From Akkermansiaceae bacterium UBA7890 (GTDB lineage: Bacteria; Verrucomicrobiota; Verrucomicrobiia; Verrucomicrobiales; Akkermansiaceae), in NCBI GenBank assembly GCA_002501065.1, contig DLRK01000196.1, positions 133,048 through 197,047 on the forward strand: a DNA stretch of 64,000 bases, in the 5' to 3' direction. Both the position numbers and the translations under genes were made by a program. Positions 42,961 through 51,046 of this stretch are shown here, one piece after another (positions within the stretch are counted from its first letter, which is position 1; every line of letters begins with the position of its first letter). The notes beneath the pieces are model-generated. The model was given only the letters and a program-made list of their open reading frames with translations, did not search any database and had not been told where the DNA came from.

Positions 42961-43857
42961 ATGAGAACGGTAGTGGCGGCAGGGACCGCAGGTATTCGGC
43001 CCGGTGTTGCCGTCTTCTGCTTCCTGATGTGGATTTCTGCAGGTCTTGCTGGCGCGGAGAAGGAGAGAAGGGCGAACCTCTTCTTCGCTTTCGACAACGG
43101 TGTCGGACGTGGCAAGTGGATGCCGCAGGAGCAGGCGCGAACCCTCAAGGAGCTTGGTTACGACGGGATCGGATACACCGGCACGAAGAATCTCCTCGAA
43201 CGGTTCAAGGCCTGCGATTCGCAAGGCCTGAGAGTGTTCAGTCTGTATCTGCCCTGCCATCCCGGGAATGAAGTTCCCTTCTCACCGCAGCTCGCAGAGG
43301 CCGTGAAACAGCTCGAAGGAACGGGAACGATGCTCTGGTTGACAGTGCAGGGAAGGAGCAGCGACATGGAAGCGGTGCGGGTGATCCGGGAAATCTCTGA
43401 CATTGCCGGCAGGCATGGCATCAAGGTTGCGCTCTACCCGCATCATGGATTTTATGTTGCTACGGCAAGGGACGCGGTGCGACTTGTGAAGCAGGTCGGT
43501 CGCCCCAACGTGGGTGTTTCCATCAACCTCTGCCACGAGCTGCGGGCTGGCAACGTGGACAGGCTGGGCGAAATCATCGAGGAGGCGGCGCCCCATCTGT
43601 TCCTGGTTTCGATCAACGGTGCGGATCGGGAAGGGGGATGGGACAAGCTGATCAGGACGCTGGACCAGGGTGAGTTCGACGTCCCGGGGTTTCTACGGAA
43701 GCTGGCGGCAGTGGGTTACACGGGGCCCGTCGGTCTGCAATGCTACAACCTCAAGGGTGACCAGCGGGAGAATCTGGAGATCTCGATGAAGGCGTGGAGA
43801 AACCATCTCTCGAGTGATGACAGGTCCCGCGGGCAGCTTCAGGTGCCGGAAAAATGA
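42961..43857 (+). CDS. Sugar phosphate isomerase/epimerase (xylose isomerase-like TIM barrel), secreted
   Basis: The track ORF 42217..43857 is an over-extension that overlaps the previous gene. ATG 42961 gives MRTVVAAGTAGIRPGVAVFCFLMWISAGLAGA (signal). Motifs: LGYDGIGYTG, VALYPHHGFYV, VSINLCHELRAG. Confidence 0.7.
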   Translation: MRTVVAAGTAGIRPGVAVFCFLMWISAGLAGAEKERRANLFFAFDNGVGRGKWMPQEQARTLKELGYDGIGYTGTKNLLERFKACDSQGLRVFSLYLPCHPGNEVPFSPQLAEAVKQLEGTGTMLWLTVQGRSSDMEAVRVIREISDIAGRHGIKVALYPHHGFYVATARDAVRLVKQVGRPNVGVSINLCHELRAGNVDRLGEIIEEAAPHLFLVSINGADREGGWDKLIRTLDQGEFDVPGFLRKLAAVGYTGPVGLQCYNLKGDQRENLEISMKAWRNHLSSDDRSRGQLQVPEK

Positions 43858-43902
43858 CAGGCCGACACTTGTGATTTCCCTGTGTGTCTGGAACATGCAC
43901 GG

Positions 43903-45150
43903 ATGCGCCTTGGATCGATGATCGCTCTTCTTGCCGCGGCCACTGCAATTCCCGCCGGTGCTGCACCCGCCCCGTTTTCCCTGGAGATCAGTCAGCTGAC
44001 TTCCGGTGAGAAACACCACTTCTTCGGCTATATCGGTCAGTGCCGGACCATTCCCTGGAATGAGAGTGGACGTTATGTGCTCGGGTTGGAGATCGATGCC
44101 ATCGATCGCATGCCGAAACCCGGGGAGGCCGCTCTCATCGTCCTGATCGATACCAGGCAGAACAACCAGATCATTCCCATCGAGAAAACCCGCGCCTGGA
44201 ATCCGCAGCAGGGGACCATGTTCTACTGGAATCCGCTCGCAGCCGGGACGCAGTTCTTCTTCAACGACCGTGATGAGGAGACCGGAAAGATCTTCACGGT
44301 TCTCTATGATATCGGGAAGAGGGAACGGATCCGGGAGTATAGATTCGACGACACCCCTGTTGCTAACGGCGGGGTGGCCCAGAAGGGAGGAGCCTTCCTT
44401 GCCCTCAACTACGGGCGCATGGCGAGGCTGCGGCCCGTCACGGGTTATCCTGGTGTGGCCGACTGGTCGCAGGCCGGGGACCCCGCCCCCGCCAACGACG
44501 GCATCTTCGTGGTTGATACCCGGACCGGCGCCAGGCGGCTCCTGGTCTCTTTTCGCCAGCTGGCCGACAAACTGAAGGAGGCTGATTCCAGGACGCCCGA
44601 TCTCCCCCTTTTCATCAATCACAGCCTTTGGAATCGTGATGGCAATCGGGTTTACTTCTTCGCACGGGGCGGATGGAATCGGCGTGGGTCACGAATCAAT
44701 GTTCCGTTTTCCATCCACAGCGACGGCACGAATCTGACCTGCCACTCACAACATATCGGCGGCCATCCCGAGTGGGCGGAGGGATCCCTCGTCATCGGAC
44801 GATCCGGTCCGGATCAGATCCTTTACGACATTGATACCCGGAAGGTCGCCGGCAAGCTGGGCACGCCGAAGATCTTCCCCAATCCGGAGGGTGATGTCTC
44901 GCTCTCTTCTGATGGAAAGTGGTTCGTAAACGGATACAAGACCGGCACCAGTAACCACTACGTCGTCTACCGCCGTAGCGACGGCGCCTCGGTCCGGAGT
45001 GAAGGCTTCGACAAGGGGAGATACTCCGGCGACATCCGTATTGATCCCGCTCCGCGATGGAACCGCACCAACGACGCCATCCTCGTCCCGGGCCTTGCGG
45101 ACAACGGAACCCGGCAGATGTTCGTGATCCGGATACGTTCGAACGAGTGA
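43903..45150 (+). CDS. Hypothetical secreted protein, probably beta-propeller (TolB/oligogalacturonate-lyase-like)
   Basis: The track starts at GTG 43882; ATG 43903 gives the signal MRLGSMIALLAAATAIPAGAA. Repeated strand-like segments: GRYVLGLE, MFYWNP, IFTVLYD, IFVVDTRTG, NRVYFFARG, GKWFVNGY, and a C-terminal IRIDPAPRWNRTNDAILV. I recognise no family with confidence. Confidence 0.5.
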   Translation: MRLGSMIALLAAATAIPAGAAPAPFSLEISQLTSGEKHHFFGYIGQCRTIPWNESGRYVLGLEIDAIDRMPKPGEAALIVLIDTRQNNQIIPIEKTRAWNPQQGTMFYWNPLAAGTQFFFNDRDEETGKIFTVLYDIGKRERIREYRFDDTPVANGGVAQKGGAFLALNYGRMARLRPVTGYPGVADWSQAGDPAPANDGIFVVDTRTGARRLLVSFRQLADKLKEADSRTPDLPLFINHSLWNRDGNRVYFFARGGWNRRGSRINVPFSIHSDGTNLTCHSQHIGGHPEWAEGSLVIGRSGPDQILYDIDTRKVAGKLGTPKIFPNPEGDVSLSSDGKWFVNGYKTGTSNHYVVYRRSDGASVRSEGFDKGRYSGDIRIDPAPRWNRTNDAILVPGLADNGTRQMFVIRIRSNE

Positions 45151-45154
45151 CCCT

Positions 45155-46066
45155 CTACCTGGCTGGAATTGATTCTGTTGTCGCGGTGAGATCACCGAGC
45201 GCGAACTGGATGCCGTCGAGGTAGTGCTGCAGGACGGTCGGGTTCCAGAAGATGTCATGCTGGTGCCCAAGGGCGGAGTAGAAGACCCGGCCCTTGCCGT
45301 AATTCTTGATCCAGCTCAGGGCAAAATCGCGATCCGTGCGGCGGATGCCCTTGATCTTCGCCAGGTCCATCCCGGTGGTGTCGAGACTGAAGAGGACCCG
45401 CAGCTGTTTGCGGTCGAATTCCTTGAACTGGTAGATCTCGTCCGTGACGGTGAAACGGTCGGACGGGAAGGCGTGGCAAAGGCAGTGCTCGGGATCCTCG
45501 ATTTTCAGGGTAACGGTCGAGCCTGCATTCCACGGATGGCTTTCGAAGCGGGCCCCGACGATGGCGCCGTACTCCGGCCACTTCCGGAAGCTGGCAATGC
45601 CGGCGTGAATGACCATGAGCCCCTTTCCATCCGAGAGGAATCCGCGGAGGCTCTTCTTCAGGAGGGTGTCGCGTGCATTGGCCTTCTCCTGCCCGGCGGG
45701 TGGGAGCTTGGAGAAGTTCTCGGGAAGGAAGATCTCGTTGTTGGTGTTGTTGAAGACGACCGCATCGAACTTCGCGAGACGATCGGGTTCGAAGAAGGAA
45801 TCGTCGTTGGTGATTGTGGCGTCGAAGGCCTTCGTCTTCTCACCCATCATCCTGATGGCGGCTTCTCCATAGGGAATGGCAGTGTGCCAGTATCCCCAGG
45901 CGCGGGAGAAGACCAGGAGTTTGCGGGGTTTGTGGGGCTTTGCGGAGGCTTTTGATGGGACTGCGGCTTTGATCCTTGCGAGCTCATCCGGAGTGGGGGC
46001 GGCACTGAGTCCCGCTACGGCGATCAGAAGCAGGACGGAAGTAAGAGAGGAGAGGATGAGTTTCAT
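45155..46066 (-). CDS. ThuA domain-containing protein
   Basis: ATG 46066 (MKLILSSLTSVLLLIAVAGLSAA) overlaps the upstream stop as ATGA. The 91-codon extension in the track is junk. Motifs: RKLLVFSRAWGYWHTAIPYG, FDAVVFNNTNNE, GLMVIHAGIASF, RVFYSALGHQHDIFWNP. Confidence 0.85.
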   Translation of the reverse strand: MKLILSSLTSVLLLIAVAGLSAAPTPDELARIKAAVPSKASAKPHKPRKLLVFSRAWGYWHTAIPYGEAAIRMMGEKTKAFDATITNDDSFFEPDRLAKFDAVVFNNTNNEIFLPENFSKLPPAGQEKANARDTLLKKSLRGFLSDGKGLMVIHAGIASFRKWPEYGAIVGARFESHPWNAGSTVTLKIEDPEHCLCHAFPSDRFTVTDEIYQFKEFDRKQLRVLFSLDTTGMDLAKIKGIRRTDRDFALSWIKNYGKGRVFYSALGHQHDIFWNPTVLQHYLDGIQFALGDLTATTESIPAR

Positions 46067-48570
46067 TTCGATCGATTCTGGTTGGCGTAATGCCGGAACT
46101 GTCCGGCGATGTTCGCGCTTCCGGCGTCGCCCCGATGCAGGACGATCCGATAGCGCAGGATGAGAGGCTTGGTGGTGGGCAGAACGACGGGCTGCCGTCC
46201 CGGAAACACGGGATTCTGACAACTTCTGCTTCGTCGAATCGTCCAGCCCTGGGGGAAGCCGGGGAGAGAGGGATGGCAGAGGATGGCAAGGCCGGAAGTT
46301 TCGCCCCGTCCGCCGAAGTCGGCGCTGAAATCGACCCATGGCTGAGGCGATGAGGGATTCCTGGTATCCACGGTCACGGGGCCCTCCGGACCGATGATCT
46401 GCAGCTCCGGCGGCAAGGGGATACGAACCGAGAATCCGCCATAACCTTTCGTGTTCTCGGAACCGCCGAGACGCACGTTCTCTTCAAGGGCACGCAGTTG
46501 GATCTTGAAGTCGATCAGGCGAGTCGTCTCTGTGGATGAGTGAACGCGGATCGTGGCGTGCTCCTCCACGATCGGTTTCTGGTTGCCATCCTCATCGACC
46601 CAGAGCGGCGACTTCCAGTGGACCATCGCCTCGATCGCAGACGAGGTTTCATCACTCTCGATGTCGACATCGCGCACGTCCCAGATGAGATCCTTCTGTT
46701 CCCACGGAACTCCGATGCGTTTTTCACCGATCCAGAGCTGCATCCACGACCAGAAAACGCCCCGATGGTGACGATGATCAGCGGGCATGTCGTCGGTCAT
46801 GCCCACCCCGTCGAGATCGTAGAGAGGGTGAATGTAGTGGCCGCGTCTGTAGCTTCCGTCCGGCTGTGAAAGCGGATCCCTGTTGTAGACGAGGATCTCT
46901 TTCCCGTCTTCCGAAAACCGGAATCCACCCCTGGTGCGGTGAATCTTGACCTTGGAAGGAGTGTTGATCGCGGGGAATTCCTGCGGACCGCCGATCGACT
47001 GCACCCCACCTCCTGGAACGGAGGGGACGGTGCGCCTCGGGGGTGGCGTCTTCTGTGGTTCGGGAGGTGGGGGAGAGTTCCTGTGGAGGCGATTCAGGGT
47101 GTAGACCATCCACGGATTGACCAGGGCATGGCCATCCTTGCTGGTGAGATCCTTGATCCGGAGGTCATAGAGTCGCCATGGTTTCAGCTTGTCGAGGGTG
47201 AGGGATACGGTCCGCTGGTCGCTGGAGACGTGGGCTGAAACCACGCGTTCAGGAGTCTGCCCGTACTTCTTCGAGCCATATTTCTCGTGGTAGTTGTAGA
47301 GATAGCTCTGGAGTGCGTAAGTGGATGGATCAGCGGCAGTTTCCATGTGAACGGGACGGGTAAAGGTGAGCTCGAATCCGGAGCTGGTGAGTTTCATCGA
47401 ATGCACTTCCATGGGCGTCACGCCGTTCCACTTCAAACACTTCAGACCACTTGCGCCTACCCACGCCTTGTGTCTGGTCCCTCCAATCCAGAGGCTTCCA
47501 TCATCGGGGTGGAAGGCGAGTCTGTTGTTCCCGAGGCTCAGGCCGGCCTTGTCGAAGAATGGAATGCAGGCGCCCTGAAGCTGTCCATCCACCTTCTCGA
47601 GCATGATCCGAATCAGCCGCGGGAAATTCATGGCCCCGATGAACATTTGTCCTGCAAAGGGGCCGAAGCGGCCGCCAGTGGTATCGCACAATGGCTGGGA
47701 AGGGGAATTCGCCATCTCGCCGTGGGGAAAGACGATTGCCGGGCGTGAGCGCAGGCGATCCAGTTCCGCGACCGGGACTTCGAAGGGATGTCGATTGAAG
47801 CCGGCTCGCCACACGAGGCTGTGTGGGTGTCCGTAAAATCCGCCCCGGCGAATGTGATAAAGGGCACTGGAACCGACGAAGTCACCCTGGTTGTCAGGCA
47901 CAAGGAGATTTCCATCCAGATCGAATCCAAGTCCGTTCGGTTCGCGAAAGCCGTTGGCCCACGGAATGGTCCTGCCGTCCGAAGTGAGCTTCATGATCCA
48001 GCCACGGTAGGGCACACAGGAGTTCATCCGCCCGTCGTGACCGGTACGGCTGTAGAGGCCCCGGACTTCGTTGGTGAGGAGCCGACCGAAGGCGGATCCC
48101 GTTCCGAGACTGAAGTAGAGATTGCCGTCGTCGTCCCGGACTGGACCGAAGTTGAACTCGGCGTAGTTGCCCGAGATGCCGAAATCGTCCGAGAGGGTCC
48201 GGAAGTGGTCGGCTGCACCGTCTCCGTTCCGGTCGGTGAGCAAAGTGATCTCCGGCCGTTGTGCCACGACGATCTCGGTATCACTTATCGGCAGAAGTCC
48301 CAGGGGTGTGTGCAGCCCTTCGGCGAAGAGGCGCCATTTCCCGGTCACCGGATGGTAAGTGTAGACCTTGCTGAGGGAGAGACAGCAGGCCAGTCGGCCG
48401 TCGGGAAGAAAGGCCACCGCATCGACGCTGGACTCGCCGTCCGGAAGGGGGATGGACTGCAGTTCGTAGTAGTTGTTGATCAGGGTCGCGGACTCCTTGT
48501 CTTCACCGTGAGCAGGCGGACATGCGAGAAGAGCGGCGAAGAGAAAGACGATAATGGATCTGGGGGGCAT
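46063..48570 (-). CDS. Fusion of a glucose/sorbosone-dehydrogenase-like (PVC-type) beta-propeller with a C-terminal PmoA-like DUF6807 domain
   Basis: 835 aa, signal MPPRSIIVFLFAALLACPPAHG. Propeller: AVAFLPDGRLA, DRNGDGAADH, DDDGNLYFSLG, FREPNGLGFDLDGNLLVPDNQGD, FYGHPH. A Pro-rich linker follows (PPPPEPQKTPPPRR). DUF6807-type block: RGHYIHPLYDLDGVGMTDDMPADHRHHRGVFWSWMQLW. Confidence 0.75.
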   Translation of the reverse strand: MPPRSIIVFLFAALLACPPAHGEDKESATLINNYYELQSIPLPDGESSVDAVAFLPDGRLACCLSLSKVYTYHPVTGKWRLFAEGLHTPLGLLPISDTEIVVAQRPEITLLTDRNGDGAADHFRTLSDDFGISGNYAEFNFGPVRDDDGNLYFSLGTGSAFGRLLTNEVRGLYSRTGHDGRMNSCVPYRGWIMKLTSDGRTIPWANGFREPNGLGFDLDGNLLVPDNQGDFVGSSALYHIRRGGFYGHPHSLVWRAGFNRHPFEVPVAELDRLRSRPAIVFPHGEMANSPSQPLCDTTGGRFGPFAGQMFIGAMNFPRLIRIMLEKVDGQLQGACIPFFDKAGLSLGNNRLAFHPDDGSLWIGGTRHKAWVGASGLKCLKWNGVTPMEVHSMKLTSSGFELTFTRPVHMETAADPSTYALQSYLYNYHEKYGSKKYGQTPERVVSAHVSSDQRTVSLTLDKLKPWRLYDLRIKDLTSKDGHALVNPWMVYTLNRLHRNSPPPPEPQKTPPPRRTVPSVPGGGVQSIGGPQEFPAINTPSKVKIHRTRGGFRFSEDGKEILVYNRDPLSQPDGSYRRGHYIHPLYDLDGVGMTDDMPADHRHHRGVFWSWMQLWIGEKRIGVPWEQKDLIWDVRDVDIESDETSSAIEAMVHWKSPLWVDEDGNQKPIVEEHATIRVHSSTETTRLIDFKIQLRALEENVRLGGSENTKGYGGFSVRIPLPPELQIIGPEGPVTVDTRNPSSPQPWVDFSADFGGRGETSGLAILCHPSLPGFPQGWTIRRSRSCQNPVFPGRQPVVLPTTKPLILRYRIVLHRGDAGSANIAGQFRHYANQNRSK

Positions 48571-48594
48571 GGGACTCGCGATTACGGATGGTGG

Positions 48595-49674
48595 TCATTT
48601 CCCGGCTGCCTCCGGGGAAGAGATGGTGAGGTAAAACTCCCGAGCGTCGTCGCCGCGGAAGACAAGGTAGTCGCCCTTCCGTTGGCCGTTGGAATGGATT
48701 TGGTCCACCTGTTCGGGATCGATGGAAAACCAGATCAGGTTACCGGAAGCTGACGTCGTCCGGAACCGTCGCAGCAGTCGATCATCGCGGACTTCGATTC
48801 GCTCCTTCACCAGGATGCCGTCCATTTCGTATTCGAATTCCGGTATGCCTGAATCGTCCAGGGCGTAGCCGAGAAAGCGGATTTCAGACGGCTTCCGTGG
48901 TTTTGCACCTCCGATCCGCAACGGGAACGCGTTGCTTTCCCGGTAATAGACCTCACCCACCAGTTTGCCTGGTTGGCGATAAACCGGTTCCACGAAGCCT
49001 CCTTTCCAGGCGTAGCGGAAGGAGCAGGCGCCGGCGTCCCAGCAGTAAGAATGCCCCTCCGGCAAGTGCACCGCGATGGAGGCCGGACCGGAATCAGGCA
49101 TGAAAATACGTTTCAGTATCGCCCGGTCGCTTCCCGTCAGGAGAGTTGTTTCGGCGCTTGATGGATCGGTGTTCGCGACGGATGGCTTCGGATCATTGGT
49201 GACATGCATGGAACCGTGCATGACGAACCCGTGGCCGGGATAGGTGCAGACGAAGGAATACTCGGCGAGAGTGGCCGGAGCGGTGAACCGCAGCGTGAAG
49301 GATTCTCCCGAGGCGACCACCTTGGTGGCCCAGAGCACATTTGTGGAGCTCGGAACAAAGTGAACCTCCGGCGCCCTGGATCCCAGAGCCAGGGCGGCAT
49401 TGACCACGGTGTTTCTGGTCCCGGGTTTCACGATTACGAGGTTGTGCAGCATTGTGTCACTGTTGGAAAAGATCAGCTCCACCTCTGCCCCCGGTTTGAT
49501 GTCGAAACGCTTGAGATCATAGCGCAAGCCCGGGAGGGTGCCGATCCGGATGGTGGTCCTGGTGTCGGCGGCTTCGAGATCATGAACCACAGAGGCCGGA
49601 AGGAGGAGGACTCCCAGGAAGGAGAGAAGCCTGTATCCCCGGTGCTTGAGTGGAAAGGCAGGGAGTGTGCTCAT
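48595..49674 (-). CDS. Blue-copper (cupredoxin, azurin/plastocyanin-like) domain protein with uncharacterised C-terminal domain
   Basis: 359 aa with a signal-like N-terminus (LLSFLGVLLLPASVV). Type-1 Cu ligand pattern: MLHNLVIVKPG ... YSFVCTYPGHGFVMHGSMHV (His, Cys-x4-His-x4-Met). The ATG overlaps the upstream stop (ATGA). Confidence 0.75.
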   Translation of the reverse strand: MSTLPAFPLKHRGYRLLSFLGVLLLPASVVHDLEAADTRTTIRIGTLPGLRYDLKRFDIKPGAEVELIFSNSDTMLHNLVIVKPGTRNTVVNAALALGSRAPEVHFVPSSTNVLWATKVVASGESFTLRFTAPATLAEYSFVCTYPGHGFVMHGSMHVTNDPKPSVANTDPSSAETTLLTGSDRAILKRIFMPDSGPASIAVHLPEGHSYCWDAGACSFRYAWKGGFVEPVYRQPGKLVGEVYYRESNAFPLRIGGAKPRKPSEIRFLGYALDDSGIPEFEYEMDGILVKERIEVRDDRLLRRFRTTSASGNLIWFSIDPEQVDQIHSNGQRKGDYLVFRGDDAREFYLTISSPEAAGK

Positions 49675-50948
49675 TCGATTGTGAACTGGGTTCCTCCGGC
49701 GAGGGCCTTCACTTTTCCTTCATCGACCTCCACCCCGAGTCCATGGCCGGTGGGGATCTCCATCATTCCATTCTCGATCTTAAGGGGTCGTTCCAACACG
49801 TCCGCAGTCAGAAACTGCGGGCCGTTCAGCGCCGCAGGTTTCCTGAGACCAAACGCCCCGTAGAGTCCGAGCGTGGCAGCAAGAGAAATGTCGGGGTCGG
49901 TCAATCCGCTTCCGAGCCACATCAGGCCTTCCGAGAGAATCAGTTCGATTTGTGCTTTCGCCGATACCAACCCGCCACACCGCGAGTGCTTCATCGCGAC
50001 GCCGTCGATCATCTTGAGCTGGATGAACTCACGAAGTTCCACGGGGGAGACCACACCCTCGTCCATCAGGATCGGCAGGGCTCCCTGCTTCTTGAGGGCC
50101 TGGTAGCCGCTGATCTGGTTTGGTTTGATGGGCGCCTCCAGGACATCCACGCCGGCCTTGGCCAGCTTGGGGGCGATTTCCAGGGCGGTGGCGGGATCGT
50201 ATCCACCGTTGGCGTCCGCCCAGAGAAAGGCGTTCGGGGCGTTCCTGCGAACCGCGGTCGCCAGAGCGAGGTCGAACCTGGGATCGGGGGCAACCTTGAT
50301 GTTGAAGTGCCTGTAACCTCGTTTATGCCCCTTCTCCATGAGGCCGTCGACCTCATCGAGCGACCTTGGGTTCAGGGTCCAGCTGAGGGTGAGTGGTTCT
50401 CCTGCCGGGCGTCCCCAGAGTTTTGCCAGCGACTTCTTCTCTATTCGTCCCGCCAGATCGTGCAGGGCCACATCGAGGCCGGCGCGCGTGATCGGCATCC
50501 CGGTCGAGAATCCGTCGGCGATCGACCGGGTCATGATTTCGTGAGCCCCGGCGAAATCGAAGAGATTGTGCCCGATGAGTTTCGGAGCAAAGTAGTCACG
50601 CAGGGCGGTCGTTGCCGTCTCAAGCGTTTCGTAACTCCACTTTGCCACAGGCACGCTCTGCCCCCAGCCGGTCACTCCGTTTGCAGCCGTTACTTTGACA
50701 AGAACGGCGGCACGACCCTTCGATCCGTGGGGACCGGTGAAGAACTTGAAGTGCCCGGTCATCGGGTAGCGTACGGGGAACAGGTCGATGCGACTGATTC
50801 TCATGGTTGAATCCGTGGTCCGGCCCATTACTCGTCTGCTCATTCCGACGAAGGGCAGGGCGGCGGCACCCTTCACGAACCGGCGTCGCCCGATACAAGC
50901 ACGACTTCGGATGGATCTGGGAGCACAACCTGCATCGAGTGAGCTCAT
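49671..50948 (-). CDS. Enolase-superfamily (mandelate racemase/muconate lactonizing enzyme-like) protein, possible twin-arginine signal
   Basis: The track ORF (to 51236) overlaps the upstream gene. ATG 50948 gives MSSLDAGCAPRSIRSRACIGRRRFVKGAAALPFVG. The alternative ATG 50804 gives MRISRIDLFPVRYPM, a classical MR/MLE N-terminus. Catalytic blocks: HFNIKV, LWADANGGY, VLEAPI, ILMDEG, KHSRCGG. Confidence 0.8.
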   Translation of the reverse strand: MSSLDAGCAPRSIRSRACIGRRRFVKGAAALPFVGMSRRVMGRTTDSTMRISRIDLFPVRYPMTGHFKFFTGPHGSKGRAAVLVKVTAANGVTGWGQSVPVAKWSYETLETATTALRDYFAPKLIGHNLFDFAGAHEIMTRSIADGFSTGMPITRAGLDVALHDLAGRIEKKSLAKLWGRPAGEPLTLSWTLNPRSLDEVDGLMEKGHKRGYRHFNIKVAPDPRFDLALATAVRRNAPNAFLWADANGGYDPATALEIAPKLAKAGVDVLEAPIKPNQISGYQALKKQGALPILMDEGVVSPVELREFIQLKMIDGVAMKHSRCGGLVSAKAQIELILSEGLMWLGSGLTDPDISLAATLGLYGAFGLRKPAALNGPQFLTADVLERPLKIENGMMEIPTGHGLGVEVDEGKVKALAGGTQFTIE

Positions 50949-50981
50949 TCTGAAGCTACGCCGGTGGGATGCCGGGGGTTT

Positions 50982-50995
50982 TTGATACAGATCAA
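50982..50995. promoter_or_regulatory. FNR/FixK/Dnr-type box, perfect TTGATacagATCAA
   Basis: Lies in the 98-bp gap between the heparinase-like stop (51047) and ATG 50948, centre 40.5 bp upstream of that ATG. A -10-like TAGCTT ends 4 nt before the ATG on the minus strand. No SD is visible. Confidence 0.6.
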
Positions 50996-51046
50996 TTGCA
51001 TGGCCGTCCGGGCTTTCCTGCCCGTCGCCTTGCGGCCGCAGCCGGG

